Below are positions 20,457 through 32,044 of a stretch of DNA of 64,000 nucleotides, one piece after another. A model generated the notes under the pieces. The model ran no database searches. It was not told where the DNA came from and worked only from the letters and a program-made list of their open reading frames with translations. The position numbers and the translations under genes are program-made. The stretch comes from Methanothermococcus sp. Ax23 (lineage in GTDB: Archaea > AGJL01 > Methanococci > Methanococcales > Methanococcaceae): positions 992,001 to 1,056,000 of the forward strand of contig NZ_CP157522.1 in NCBI RefSeq assembly GCF_049075655.1. The letters run 5' to 3'. Within the stretch, counting starts at the first letter, position 1; every line of letters starts with the position of its first letter.

Positions 20457-21385
20457 TAGTGTGGGTCATATTACACTCTAACCTCTAATACCTTCATATA
20501 AGGATAACCTCTGGTAATGAGATTATATAGTGCTAAAACCTGTGCAGAAACTACTGCACAGAGACAGAATACTTTTTTACGAATATAACCTTTGATATTA
20601 ATCCAAAACTTATTCATAAATCGGTTCTTTAATATTGAATTGGTGTGCTCTATTTTAACTCTTATCTTAGAAACTTCCGAAGGAAGTTTCTTTTTATTTT
20701 TCCTACCCAATCTCCGTGGATTATGTGCTGTTATTAGTTCATTTTTGTATAATTCTATCGCTTTTTTTTAAATCTTTTGAATCATAGCCTGCATCTGCAC
20801 AGGACTTTTTGGTAGGTACTAATAATTTATCAGCTACTTTACAATCGTGAGTATTTGCTGTGGTAAATTCTGCTCTTAATGGTATTCCTAACTTATCTAC
20901 TGCTAAATGTAATTTAAAGCCTTTAAACATTCCTACACTGTTATATCCTATCTTTCCCTCAATATCTGTTTCGTCTTTTATTGGAGTGCTATCGTATATT
21001 GACCATTCAGGATTATTTAGTTCAATATATTTATCACCTAATAAAGTAATTATTGCATGCAATTCTTCATCTAGGGATTTTTTCCATCTATCGATGGTTC
21101 TTCTACCAGGGCAGGATTTAAATCCTAATGCAGTTAAAATCTGTGGATTATTTTGTAAGTGTAATACTAACGCTCTATTTGAATGTATGCCTTTTAAAAA
21201 GGCATACACTAATAGTTTAAGCCTCAACTCTAAATTATATCCTTTTCTCCCTACCTTTCTTCGTTTAGGGATTCGGTCAATTAAATCTGATGTAATTATC
21301 TCATTTACCACTTCCTCAGCCTTCATATTATCGTCTTTTTTATAATATTATATTTAGTATAGGTTATATATTTTGACCCATACTA
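20457..21385 (-). mobile_element. DDE insertion sequence (IS4/IS5 superfamily), 929 bp
   Basis: TIRs TAGTGTGGGTCA / TGACCCATACTA; direct repeat TTGTTTATTCTA at 20445-20456 and 21386-21397. Confidence 0.9.
20471..21326 (-). pseudogene. DDE transposase split by a frameshift at an A8 run
   Basis: YDST, GFKLHLAVD, ADAGYDS then R.KIEH.NS.LK in the second frame; removing one A at 20762-20769 gives one ORF. Confidence 0.85.
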
Positions 21386-21477
21386 TTGTTTATTCTATTT
21401 TAATGAAGATGTGATTTTCGATATGTGGTGATTAATATAGTAAAATATTTTAATAAAACAATAAATATGGGAAAAAT

Positions 21478-23106
21478 ATGGTTAAAAAAATTCAAATAAA
21501 TACAGCTGAACAGGCGAAAAATAGATTGGTAGATTTGGTAATACCTAAGTCAAGCAACCTTAAAAATGATATTTTATCAGGATTAACTGTTGCCTTGGCA
21601 CTGGTTCCAGAGGCAATAGCATTTTCTTTTGTGGTAGGGGTGGACCCCAGAATAGGACTTTATGCAGCTTTTATGATGGGATTAATAGCAGCAGTATTGG
21701 GGGGTCGTCCCGGAATGATTTCAGGGGCAACAGGTGCAGTGGCAGTCATTTTTGCACCATTGGTAATGACTCAGGTGCAAATCGGTGGAATGGATTACGC
21801 CCTTGGGTATCTTTTTGCAGCAGTAGCACTTATGGGAATAATTCAGATACTATTAGGACTGTTTCGTGTTGGAAAGTTTGTAAGGCTCATTCCTCATCCT
21901 GTCATGCTTGGTTTTGTTAATGGTCTTGCTATTATTATATTCATGTCACAGCTTGGACAGTTCTATACTGGCACAGGAGCTAATGCAACGCTTCTTCCAA
22001 CTCCTACACTGTTAATTATGTTTGCACTTATTGCAATAACAATGGTTATAAGTAAATTCCTTCCAAGGATTACAAAAGCAGTGCCTGCCACACTGGTGGC
22101 GATAGTTGTAGTTACAATTATTTCATATTTTTTGAATCAGTCAGGTTATGAAGTTCTTACAGTGCTTGATTTTGTAAAAAGTATAGACCCGACAAAAACA
22201 ACTATTGCAGCAACCCTACCATCGTTTAGCATTCCAAATATTCCTTTCACAATGGAGACTTTTAAAACAATTCTGCCTTATTCAATACTGGCTGCGTCTG
22301 TGGGTTTGATTGAATCCCTTATGACTATGAGGCTTATAGATGAGCTCACCGAAACACGAGGAAGGGGAAATAAGGAGTGCATTGGTCAGGGCGTAGCAAA
22401 CTTGGTTAATGGTTTCTTTGGAGGCATGGGTGGCTGTGCCATGATTGGTCAGAGTATGATTAATGTGCGGGCAGGAGGTAGAGGACGAGCTTCAGGGATT
22501 GCTGCTGCAATATTTTTGCTTGCATTTGTGGTATGGGGGTCATCCCTTATAGAGCTCATACCCCTTGCCGCACTTGTTGGTGTAATGTTTATGGTGGTTA
22601 TCGGCACTTTTGAATGGTCGAGCTTCCGTATTATTCGGCAAATTCCAAAATCAGACGCCCTTATTCTTATACTGGTGTCAGCCATAACTGTAATTTACGA
22701 TTTGGCAACTGCGGTTTTTGCTGGAATTATTTTATCGGCTCTTGCATTTGCATGGGAGCATGGGAAACAGATGCGTGCTGAGAAAGAGACTAGGGGGAAT
22801 AAAAAAGTATATAGGCTTGATGGACCCCTTTTCTTTGCATCCGTAACATCATTTAAGGATTTATTTGATTTTCGAAATGACCCTGATGATGTTGTAATAG
22901 ATTTTAAAAAATCACGAGTTTGTGACCATTCAGCAATTGAAGCAATTAATAATATTACTGAAAGATATGCCCAATATGGCAAAAGACTGCATCTTCTCAA
23001 TCTAAGTGATGATTGTTATAAATTAATTAAAAAAGCAGATAATATTGTAGAAGTAAGTGTTATAGATAACATAATATGGCCAGTGGCAGATGATAGACTG
23101 GGATAA
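21478..23106 (+). CDS. SulP/SLC26 family anion permease with STAS domain
   Basis: ALVPEAIAF, GGRPGMISGATG, GGMGGCAMIGQS, GPLFFAS. Confidence 0.93.
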   Translation: MVKKIQINTAEQAKNRLVDLVIPKSSNLKNDILSGLTVALALVPEAIAFSFVVGVDPRIGLYAAFMMGLIAAVLGGRPGMISGATGAVAVIFAPLVMTQVQIGGMDYALGYLFAAVALMGIIQILLGLFRVGKFVRLIPHPVMLGFVNGLAIIIFMSQLGQFYTGTGANATLLPTPTLLIMFALIAITMVISKFLPRITKAVPATLVAIVVVTIISYFLNQSGYEVLTVLDFVKSIDPTKTTIAATLPSFSIPNIPFTMETFKTILPYSILAASVGLIESLMTMRLIDELTETRGRGNKECIGQGVANLVNGFFGGMGGCAMIGQSMINVRAGGRGRASGIAAAIFLLAFVVWGSSLIELIPLAALVGVMFMVVIGTFEWSSFRIIRQIPKSDALILILVSAITVIYDLATAVFAGIILSALAFAWEHGKQMRAEKETRGNKKVYRLDGPLFFASVTSFKDLFDFRNDPDDVVIDFKKSRVCDHSAIEAINNITERYAQYGKRLHLLNLSDDCYKLIKKADNIVEVSVIDNIIWPVADDRLG

Positions 23107-23241
23107 GCAAATGCGAAACAACATCATCATAAACTTTAAAAACTGAAACTAATAATTAAGAGTTAGGTAAATATAAATGTATATAAAAATAAAAAATAAA
23201 GAAAGTAAAAAAGTAAAAAAAGTAAAATATAAAGGGGATAT

Positions 23242-23805
23242 ATGGTGAGCTTAAAAGACATTATATCGTGTTTTAAAATGGAAAACTTTGATATGAGATA
23301 TATAATAAGGGGACTTATTGACGGTTCCCTGTCGTCCCTAGGTGTAGTAATAGGGGCAAGTGGTGGAGATGTTTCTGTGATAATTGCCGCAGGGATTGGT
23401 GGTGGTGTGGCAAATGGTATTTCCAACATACTTGGAGCATTAACCGCAGAAAGGGCAATTTTAGAAGGAATGAGAGCATCACAGGAGAAGGTTCTTTTAA
23501 GGGAAGAAGGCTCTTTAAAAACTGCATTATTTTATAAAAAGGCACTTAATAAAACAGCAGTCAGCGGTGTGGGGGATGGGCTATCCACAACCTTTGGGTC
23601 AGTTATTCCCGTAATTCCATTCTTATTTTTGAGGAAGGATTTGGCAATAATCACTGCAATTATTATTACATTGGCTATATTATTTGGACTTGGAGTATTC
23701 ATAGGCAGAATATCTAAGGAGAATTTGGCAATATCTGGGCTTAAAATGGTATTGGGAGGATTGGCAGTGGCATTAATTAGTTTTACAATTGAACATATGC
23801 TCTAA
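23242..23805 (+). CDS. VIT1/CCC1 family membrane protein
   Basis: RGLIDGSLSSLGV, ANGISN.LGA..AE. Confidence 0.8.
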   Translation: MVSLKDIISCFKMENFDMRYIIRGLIDGSLSSLGVVIGASGGDVSVIIAAGIGGGVANGISNILGALTAERAILEGMRASQEKVLLREEGSLKTALFYKKALNKTAVSGVGDGLSTTFGSVIPVIPFLFLRKDLAIITAIIITLAILFGLGVFIGRISKENLAISGLKMVLGGLAVALISFTIEHML

Positions 23806-23816
23806 AAAGTGATAAC

Positions 23817-24305
23817 ATGAAAGGCAGAGAATTACTTAAAAAACTAAGGGAAGATGCAGCTAAATTTAGCATTCATGATTTAATGAATGTAAGAGTATTC
23901 TTGGAAAAAGATATGCAGTATCTGCCGAAGGATTATAAAGAATCTTATCTTAAAGGGCAAATCATGTATTTTATAAATACATTAAATGAAGTGCGAAAAA
24001 AGAGTGAAGATGAATTGGAAGACTTTGAAATTGATGAAAATATATTAAATAAATTATACGATAGAATAAACCGCTTTAAATGTGGCATTAAGGGGGAAGA
24101 CTCGTTTATTAAATTATCATATATTGTGGTTCCTTATTTAATATTCATTGCTAAAAAACCGCTTCACCCTGTTGGAATAAGATTTCCTGGGGGGAAGCAT
24201 ATTATTGAAAAAAATGGAACATACTACTGTCCAGTGAAAAACAGGCAGGAAAATGAGTATTCATTATGTGAATTTTGTATATGTAAAGGAATTGAAGAAC
24301 TTTAA
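23817..24305 (+). CDS. DUF2115/UPF0305 family protein
   Basis: PLHPVG..FPGG, YYCPVK, CEFCIC. Confidence 0.8.
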   Translation: MKGRELLKKLREDAAKFSIHDLMNVRVFLEKDMQYLPKDYKESYLKGQIMYFINTLNEVRKKSEDELEDFEIDENILNKLYDRINRFKCGIKGEDSFIKLSYIVVPYLIFIAKKPLHPVGIRFPGGKHIIEKNGTYYCPVKNRQENEYSLCEFCICKGIEEL

Positions 24306-24381
24306 TATTTATTATAGGAATAAAATAAAAATCTTAAAGAAATTGGAAATAAATTAAAGGAATTAGTTATTAAATAAGATA

Positions 24382-26124
24382 TTACATCTTACCAGGACAT
24401 TCTATACCTAAAATATTCAATCCATTTTCTATAACTGTTTTTGTGCATTCTACAAGTTTTAATCTTGAATGAACTATATTATGGTTTTCTTCTTTTAATA
24501 TTGGACAGTTTCCATAGAATCTATTAAATGCCTGTGCAACATCGAGCACATAATTTGCCACTATTTGTGGTTTTCTTACATCTGCGGATTTTTCAACAAC
24601 TTTTGGGAATTTTAAGAGTGTTTTTATTAATATCTTTTCGTTATCATTTAATTCGTAGTCAAATAGTTCGTTAATGTCAATATTGCCATTGTTGTTATTA
24701 TCATTGTTCAATCCATTTTCGAGAATTCTGCAACATCTGGCATGGGCATACTGTATTACTGGGCATCCAACTTTTTCAAAGTCAAGTGCTTCATCCCATC
24801 TAAATACCATAGGTTTTTCTGGCGAGATTCTAACGATATTGTATCTTACCGCACCGGTAGCTATTTTATGGGCAATTTCATTTATTTCATCTTCATCTGT
24901 TGCCACGCCTCTTTTCTTAACTTCTTCAATTGCTCGTGTTTTTGCCTCTTCAAACAACTCATCAATACTTATAAATCTTCCTCTTCTGGTGCTCATAGAG
25001 CCCTCAGGAAGTGAAATAAATTCATAGAATACGATTTCTGGCGTGTTGTATCCCAATAGTTTTAAACTTGCATTCACCATTTCAGCGGTGAGCTTGTGGT
25101 CTGCACCAAGTATATTAATCCCTATATCGCAGTTTTTCATCTTATCGATATGGTATGCAATGTCCCTAGTGGAGTATAAACTTGTTCCATTTAATCTTGC
25201 AAGAACCAGTTTTTTCTCTATTCCAAAGTCTGAAAGGTCTAATCTATATACTTCGTCCTTTTCCACTTTTCCAGTTTCCATCAGGTTTTTTATGACTTCT
25301 CTCACCATGCCGTTTTTAACATAGGAGCTCTCCCATATGAATTTGTCATGTTTAATATTAAGATTTTTTAAAGTTTCTTTAAATCCCTTTAAAGCATAAT
25401 TTACGGCATATTCGAACTTTTTGGTTATCTCGTTTTCTTCGTTTTTCTCAGAAGATTCTTCATATTTTTTCATTAAATCCAATATATTTTCTTCGAGCTC
25501 GGGGTTTTCATTTAAAAGTTTATTGGTTTCTACATAAACTTCTCCTATGGCATGGTCTGGTTTTTTATTTTCGTCTAATTTAAATTTATCCAATCCAAAT
25601 ACTACAATTGCCTCCTGTCTTCCCATATCATTTACATAGTATTGGGTTTCAACCTTATATCCTGCAAATTCAAGCACTCTTTTTAAACTGTCTCCAACAA
25701 TGGCGTTCCTACTGTGTCCTATATGTAAAGGTCCGTTTGGATTTGCAGATGTGTGCTCTAATATTATTTTTTTGTTTTTTTCATCTCCTTTTCCAAAATT
25801 ATTTTTTTCATCAAGTATCTTTTTTACGCCTTTTTTTGAATAGCTGTTGTAGTCTAAGAAAAAGTTTATGTATCCATTTACTGCCTTTATGTCCTTTATC
25901 CCTTCAATATTTTCGGATTTTAAAGAATCCGCCATTTCCTCCGCTATAATCATCGGTGATTTTTTCAATACTCTTGCCAATCTAAATGCTATGTTTGTTG
26001 AATAATCGCCCAAATCTAATGATGGTGGTTCATCTAACCTTATTGTTTCCATTTCTTCTTCTGATTTACCAGTTAATTCGTTTATTTTTTTGTATAATGC
26101 GTCAATTATATTTTTTTCAATCAT
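24382..26124 (-). CDS. argS: Arginyl-tRNA synthetase
   Basis: [27 protein letters not shown]. Confidence 0.97.
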   Translation of the reverse strand: MIEKNIIDALYKKINELTGKSEEEMETIRLDEPPSLDLGDYSTNIAFRLARVLKKSPMIIAEEMADSLKSENIEGIKDIKAVNGYINFFLDYNSYSKKGVKKILDEKNNFGKGDEKNKKIILEHTSANPNGPLHIGHSRNAIVGDSLKRVLEFAGYKVETQYYVNDMGRQEAIVVFGLDKFKLDENKKPDHAIGEVYVETNKLLNENPELEENILDLMKKYEESSEKNEENEITKKFEYAVNYALKGFKETLKNLNIKHDKFIWESSYVKNGMVREVIKNLMETGKVEKDEVYRLDLSDFGIEKKLVLARLNGTSLYSTRDIAYHIDKMKNCDIGINILGADHKLTAEMVNASLKLLGYNTPEIVFYEFISLPEGSMSTRRGRFISIDELFEEAKTRAIEEVKKRGVATDEDEINEIAHKIATGAVRYNIVRISPEKPMVFRWDEALDFEKVGCPVIQYAHARCCRILENGLNNDNNNNGNIDINELFDYELNDNEKILIKTLLKFPKVVEKSADVRKPQIVANYVLDVAQAFNRFYGNCPILKEENHNIVHSRLKLVECTKTVIENGLNILGIECPGKM

Positions 26125-26300
26125 TCTATCACTTTAATTTTAATTTATTTTTTATTTTTATTTTTAATTTAGTATGATTATATCATTTTCATTTAAATTA
26201 AAAGTATGATGGATTATAGTTTTATATAGAACACATACTTATTTGATATAGTATTACACAATATTTATAACTTTTAATTTTATTTTTTTATGGTGAGACT

Positions 26301-28346
26301 ATGAAAACGGAACTAACGAACATAGATATATATGTTGCTGTAAAGGAGCTCCAAAAAATAATAAATGGAAAACTTGATAAAGCATTTTTAGTGGATTCTC
26401 AGGATGGTAAAGAGTTAATATTAAAGCTCCACATCCCAGAGATTGGAACAAGGGAAATTGCCATAGGGACTGGAAAATATAAGTATATTACATTAACCGA
26501 ATATAGCAGGGAAAAACCAAAAAATCCTCCATCCTTTGCAATGTTGCTTAGAAAACATCTAAAAAATATAAAAATAACAAGTATAGAGCAACATAACTTC
26601 GATAGGATTGTTAAATTTACATTCCAATGGGGCGAAAAAATTTATAAATTAGTTGTCGAGCTCTTTGGTGAAGGGAATGTCATACTGTTGGATAATGAAG
26701 ATAGGATTATTTTGCCATTGAAAATTGAGAAATGGAGCACAAGGAGAATCGTTCCAAAGGAAATATATAAATTCCCTCCTCAAAAGGATTTGACGCCATT
26801 TAATTTGGAATATGCCGTGGCTTATGATATATTCAAGGACGAGTTCAAAAAGGATGAGAACAAAAACACAGAATGTGTAAGGATTATTTCAAGGACCTTT
26901 GGTCTTGCAGGAATATATGCCGAAGAAATTTGTGAGATAGCAGGAGTTGATAAAAAAATAACAAATCCTTCCGATGAGGAAATAAAAAATTTATTTGATG
27001 GGACAAAAACATTTTTTAATAAAGTATTCAATGAAAAGAAACCACAAATAGTGCTGAAAAATGGAGAATATCACGATATTACACCAATAGAATTGGCAAA
27101 ATATGGGGATTATGATAAAAAATACTATGAAGAGTTTTTAAATGCAATGGATGATTACTTTTCACAGTTTATATTGAAAAAGGAGATTAAAAAGGAAGAA
27201 ACAAAATTACAGAAGATGGTAAAAAAACAGGAAAGAATATTGAATAATCAGATTGAATCCCTGAAAAAATATGAAAAACAGGCGGAAGAAAATCAGATAA
27301 AGGGGGATTTAATTTATGCAAACTATACTCTTGTTGATGAAATAATAACTACCTTGAAATCAGCAAGGGAAAAGATGGATTGGAAGGCTATAAAAAAGAT
27401 AGTTAAAGAGAATAAGGATAATCCAGTATTAAGCAAAATAGTGTCTATTGACGAAAAAAATGGGGAAATTACATTAAAATTGTCCGCAGATTATGGAAAT
27501 GGGCTTATTGAAAAGAATGTTTCGCTGGATATAAGGAAAAACGCCTTTGAAAATGCCGATAACTATTACAGCAAATCCAAAAAGTTTAAAAGTAAGATAG
27601 AAGGGGTTAAAACAGCGATAGAATTATCAAAAGAAAAACTTGAAAAATTAAAGAAAAAAGAAGAAATTGAAATGGAATCCCTTAAAGAAAGAGAAGAAAA
27701 AACCATGGAGAAAAAAGAGAGAAAGAAAAGAAAATGGTATGAAAAATTCAAATGGACAGTTATAGGCAATCATTTAATAATTGCAGGAAAGGACGCCACA
27801 ACAAACGAAATGCTTATAAAAAGATACACCGAAAAGGACGATGTGGTATTTCATACTTTGATGGAAGGAGCTCCTTTTACAGTAATAAAAATGAATGGTA
27901 AAAATATAGATGAGCTCGATGAAGATGAGAGGGAATTTTTATTAAATGAAACTGCAAAGTTTGCAGTGTCTCACTCAAAAGCTTGGAGATTGGGGTTAGG
28001 TAGTGCCGATGTCTATTGGGTAAAGCCTGAGCAAATTTCTAAAACTGCTGAAAGTGGGGAATATCTTAAAAAGGGAGCATTTGTAATAAGGGGTAAGAGG
28101 AATTTTATAAGGAGCATGCCTCTTGAACTTGGAATAGGTATTGTTGAATATGATAATGAGGAAAAACTAACCACCGCACCGCCGGAGACGCTTAAAAACT
28201 TTAAAAAATATATTCTTCTAAAACCTGCTAAAAAGAAAAAAGGTGAATTAATAAAAGAGCTTAAAAAAGAGTTTAAAGAATACGGTGTGGATGATGAGGA
28301 TATACTCAGAGTCCTTCCACCTGGTGAAAGTGATATAAAAGTATAA
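26301..28346 (+). CDS. rqcH: Ribosome quality control protein Rqc2/NFACT family
   Basis: FAMLLRKHL, ELFGEGN, WYEKF, GKDATTNE, SGEYLKKGAFVIRG. Confidence 0.9.
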   Translation: MKTELTNIDIYVAVKELQKIINGKLDKAFLVDSQDGKELILKLHIPEIGTREIAIGTGKYKYITLTEYSREKPKNPPSFAMLLRKHLKNIKITSIEQHNFDRIVKFTFQWGEKIYKLVVELFGEGNVILLDNEDRIILPLKIEKWSTRRIVPKEIYKFPPQKDLTPFNLEYAVAYDIFKDEFKKDENKNTECVRIISRTFGLAGIYAEEICEIAGVDKKITNPSDEEIKNLFDGTKTFFNKVFNEKKPQIVLKNGEYHDITPIELAKYGDYDKKYYEEFLNAMDDYFSQFILKKEIKKEETKLQKMVKKQERILNNQIESLKKYEKQAEENQIKGDLIYANYTLVDEIITTLKSAREKMDWKAIKKIVKENKDNPVLSKIVSIDEKNGEITLKLSADYGNGLIEKNVSLDIRKNAFENADNYYSKSKKFKSKIEGVKTAIELSKEKLEKLKKKEEIEMESLKEREEKTMEKKERKKRKWYEKFKWTVIGNHLIIAGKDATTNEMLIKRYTEKDDVVFHTLMEGAPFTVIKMNGKNIDELDEDEREFLLNETAKFAVSHSKAWRLGLGSADVYWVKPEQISKTAESGEYLKKGAFVIRGKRNFIRSMPLELGIGIVEYDNEEKLTTAPPETLKNFKKYILLKPAKKKKGELIKELKKEFKEYGVDDEDILRVLPPGESDIKV

Positions 28347-28395
28347 TACGAATAAATTCCTTTTCTTTTTTATATAATAATTATATTATATAATA

Positions 28396-28737
28396 TTATA
28401 CTTCAACAACATCCACTATTTCAAGAGGAATGTCTTTTAAAGCCCTTCCTATTGATGATTTTGCAATTCTCACTGCATGTTCTGGACTTTCCGCATTAAA
28501 AATCTTCATGGATAATAATATTCCCACAATAGCAGTTCTTGCAACAACCAAAACACAATCTATCGGCTCTCCACATTTTGGACAGATAGTTAAACCAACA
28601 TCTATATCAACATATTCCATATTTTTTTTGTTTAATATCTTCCCTATATTTGATACTGCCACTCCTATGGCATCTTCAACATCTTCAACATTTTTTACTA
28701 TGTAAGGTGCCTGTAATGTTACATGATAATTTGTCAT
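28396..28737 (-). CDS. DUF555/UPF0212 family protein
   Basis: [26 protein letters not shown]. Confidence 0.8.
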   Translation of the reverse strand: MTNYHVTLQAPYIVKNVEDVEDAIGVAVSNIGKILNKKNMEYVDIDVGLTICPKCGEPIDCVLVVARTAIVGILLSMKIFNAESPEHAVRIAKSSIGRALKDIPLEIVDVVEV

Positions 28738-28774
28738 TTAATCTCACCAATAAATATTATCTCGCATTTCTCCT

Positions 28775-29083
28775 CTATTTTGCTAGCGTAAATCTTATGT
28801 CATCATCGCCCACATTGAAAATACCTAAGCGAGCTCCTGCATCTATCCAGCCATAAGCATAATTTAGTGATGCGAACGCATTAACATAATCTCCTTTTTC
28901 TATAAATGTTTTTGCATCATTAAAATAACATTCAATCATGCATAAAAAATCTTCTGCAACATCATATAATAAACTTCTCTTTGGAGGAAGCCCATTTTTT
29001 ATAATGGATATGGCTTCTTCTGTTCTGCTTAGGTAGTTATCTATTTTTTCATCCGAGATGATATTGTCTATATTGTCCTTCAT
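28775..29083 (-). CDS. DUF357 family protein
   Basis: [24 protein letters not shown]. Confidence 0.85.
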   Translation of the reverse strand: MKDNIDNIISDEKIDNYLSRTEEAISIIKNGLPPKRSLLYDVAEDFLCMIECYFNDAKTFIEKGDYVNAFASLNYAYGWIDAGARLGIFNVGDDDIRFTLAK

Positions 29084-29165
29084 AACATCCTCTTTAATCT
29101 TTGGTCAATATATTAAAAAATAAAATTAAAAATTAAAAAAATGAATAAAGTATTTTATTTAAGAA

Positions 29166-31466
29166 TTAGAAGTTCCCCATGTCTTTTTTATCTCTAATAG
29201 CATCGAGAATTACTCTTTGTTCGGTTCTTGCAACTGTTTTTCTTATAGTGTCTATTGCATCGATGTTTGCAGATATGCTTGTAATGCCCCATTCCACGAG
29301 TTTTTCAACAATAGCAGGTCTGCTTCCAGCCTGACCGCAGATTGAAGTCTTAATACCGTGTTTTTTACAGGTTTTTATAACTGATTCAATGAGTTTCAGA
29401 ACTGCGGGGTGGTTTTCCCTGTAATATTTTGCAACAAATTCATTGTTTCTATCTATTGCAATTGTATATTGGGTTAAGTCATTTGTTCCCAAGGAAACAA
29501 AGTTAATGCCTTCTTTTATAAAGTCCTCAATGATTAAAGCGGCAGCTGGTGTTTCAACCATTATTCCGAATTCAACATCCTTTCCAAGATTTAATCCTAT
29601 TTCATATGCCAATTTTTTAACTTCTCTGACTTCATCAGGGCTGGTGACAAGTGGTATCATTATATTTATGTTTTTATAGCCCTCTTCCCTTAATTTTTTA
29701 ATAGCCAGTAATTCACATTTTAAAATTTCTGGCTGGTCTAAACCTCTTCTGATACCTCTCCATCCCATCATAGGGTTGTGTTCTTCTGGTTCGTCATCTC
29801 CGCCTTCTAAACCTCTGAACTCATCTGTTGGAGCATCGAGTGTTCTGTATGTGATAGGTCTTGGGTAAAATGCATCTGCAACTTTTCTAATACCTTCTGC
29901 AAATACATCAACAAGTGCCTCTTCTCCTTTTTCCTCCAATACCTTAATTGGATGAACTCCTGTTCCAAGTATCATGTGTTCTGCTCTTAAAAGACCTACT
30001 CCATCTGCACCAGTAGCCGCAGCTCTTTCAGCAACCTCTGGCATGGATACATTTACCTTTATCTCTGTTGCAGTTATTATCGGAGCTCCTGCATATACTA
30101 CCTGAGCAGGTGCAGCTTCTTCTTTTTTCTTAATCTCTCCTTCATATACAATTCCTTTTTCACCATCTACGGTGATTACCATGTTGTCCTTTAATACTGT
30201 TGTGGCTTTTTGAGTTCCTACTACACAAGGTGTGCCGAGTTCCCTTGAAATAATTGCGGCGTGACAGGTCAATCCACCGTCATCTGTAACAATGGCACTA
30301 GCTTTTTTCATTGCAGGGACCATGTCAGGAGTTGTCATTTTTGTAACTAATATGTCCCCTTCTTTAATTTTATCTATCTCTTCAATGTCGTAAAGTATTT
30401 TTACCTTACCTGATACTACACCTGGTGATGCACCAATACCTTTTAAAAGTATTTTTGCCTCAATTTCTTCTCCTATTTTTTTTGCCTCTTTCTTTTTCTC
30501 CTTACCTAATGTTGTGATTGGTCTTGCCTGAAGCATATATACCTCCCCACTTTCCAAAGCCCATTCAATATCCATTGGTCTATTGTAATGTTTTTCGATA
30601 AGGATTCCTTTTTCAGCCAATTTTTTAAGTTCTTCATCAGATAATACTCTTTTTTCTTTCAAGTCTTCGGGGGTAGGTATCTCCCTAGTCTCTCCATTTT
30701 CGTCCTTAACGAACATCGTTTCCTTTCTTGCTATATATATGTCCTTAACTGATAAATCGGTTTTATCAATTATGTATGTATCAGGGCTTACAGTTCCACT
30801 TACAACTCCTTCACCAAGTCCCCATGCTCCTTCTATTACCATTTCATCGTAGTTCTGGTTTATTGGATTTACTGTGAATAATACTCCTGCTTTTTCCGCA
30901 TTTACCATTTTTTGAACAACTGCGGCTAATGCCACTTGGAAGTGGTCAAACCCTTTCTGTTCCCTATAAAATACTGCTCTTGGAGTGAATAATGATGCGA
31001 AACATCTCTGAACAGCATTAACTACTTCATCCGCACCTTTAATGTTTAAGTAGGTGTCCTGCTGTCCTGCAAAACTTGCGTCAGGTAAATCCTCTGCTGT
31101 GGCGGAGCTCCTAACTGCTACAAATGTCTCCTCTCCTCCGCTAATTTCACAGAGTTTGTTATAACTTTCAATAATACTTAACTCCAAATCCTTAGGCATT
31201 TTTGCATTGGTGATTAAATCCCTAACTTTTTTTGACCTATCCATTAGGTCCTCACTGTTATTAACATCAATACCTCTTAAAATTTCTCTTATTTTTTCAT
31301 CCAATTTTGTTTCCCTTATAAAATATCTATATGCTTCGGCGGTTACCACAAATGCTGGTGGCACTGGAAGACCTGCGTTCCACATCTCACCAAGTGAGGC
31401 TCCCTTACCTCCTGCTATATTCACATCATCGTTTGAAAGTTCATCCAACCATGCTACTAGTTTCAT
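29166..31466 (-). CDS. ppsA: Phosphoenolpyruvate synthase
   Basis: GGKGASLGEM, AVRSSATAED, GGLTCHAAI, GTNDLTQ; start reassigned to MKLVAW at 31466. Confidence 0.96.
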   Translation of the reverse strand: MKLVAWLDELSNDDVNIAGGKGASLGEMWNAGLPVPPAFVVTAEAYRYFIRETKLDEKIREILRGIDVNNSEDLMDRSKKVRDLITNAKMPKDLELSIIESYNKLCEISGGEETFVAVRSSATAEDLPDASFAGQQDTYLNIKGADEVVNAVQRCFASLFTPRAVFYREQKGFDHFQVALAAVVQKMVNAEKAGVLFTVNPINQNYDEMVIEGAWGLGEGVVSGTVSPDTYIIDKTDLSVKDIYIARKETMFVKDENGETREIPTPEDLKEKRVLSDEELKKLAEKGILIEKHYNRPMDIEWALESGEVYMLQARPITTLGKEKKKEAKKIGEEIEAKILLKGIGASPGVVSGKVKILYDIEEIDKIKEGDILVTKMTTPDMVPAMKKASAIVTDDGGLTCHAAIISRELGTPCVVGTQKATTVLKDNMVITVDGEKGIVYEGEIKKKEEAAPAQVVYAGAPIITATEIKVNVSMPEVAERAAATGADGVGLLRAEHMILGTGVHPIKVLEEKGEEALVDVFAEGIRKVADAFYPRPITYRTLDAPTDEFRGLEGGDDEPEEHNPMMGWRGIRRGLDQPEILKCELLAIKKLREEGYKNINIMIPLVTSPDEVREVKKLAYEIGLNLGKDVEFGIMVETPAAALIIEDFIKEGINFVSLGTNDLTQYTIAIDRNNEFVAKYYRENHPAVLKLIESVIKTCKKHGIKTSICGQAGSRPAIVEKLVEWGITSISANIDAIDTIRKTVARTEQRVILDAIRDKKDMGNF

Positions 31467-31574
31467 AATATCCTCCTCTTTTATTAAAAATAGCAATTTT
31501 ATATATTGCAGCAATAGTTTTTAAATATATCTTTCATTCATATTTTATGAACTAAATATGGTAAAATAGATAAT

Positions 31575-31630
31575 TTGAATAACATTTAATATTAAATCAC
31601 TATAAAGAATTCGTATTTCGACAACCTCGA
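31575..31630. mobile_element. Right-end fragment of the TIR-MITE family found around pstS
   Basis: Near-identical to 31918-31970, ending TTCGACAACCTC. Confidence 0.65.
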
Positions 31631-31809
31631 ATTATGGCCCTAATTGGAGAACATATTATTCTAAATAGGGGCAATTTTACTGCAAGAGTTGGGGGTTATC
31701 AGGAGTGTTGAGGAATATTGTCAAAAACCTAATAAGTAATTCATAAAATATGAACTTTAATTCAAAATAGAAAACTTTATATATCATTATGTATCTTACA
31801 ATCTTATCG

Positions 31810-31970
31810 AGGTTGTCGAATAATTGCTAAGTGTCTATTGTGCAATATATTATTCACACCAGTGATATCCTAAATATTTAATATTTGTAGAGTAAAGTTT
31901 TGCACAGTCGGGTATTATTGAATAACATTTAACATTAACTCACTATAAAGAATTCGTATTTCGACAACCT
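31810..31970. mobile_element. MITE with TIR AGGTTGTCGAA / TTCGACAACCT
   Basis: Perfect 11-bp terminal inverted repeats, no ORF; internal similarity (TATTCACACCAGT, ATATTTGTAG) to 33271-33447. Confidence 0.7.
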
Positions 31971-32044
31971 TATTGTTATCGTAAATTCACTCTTATCGTG
32001 ATTATAACACTTATCGTAATTATAACAACTCTAAAGGTGATGTC

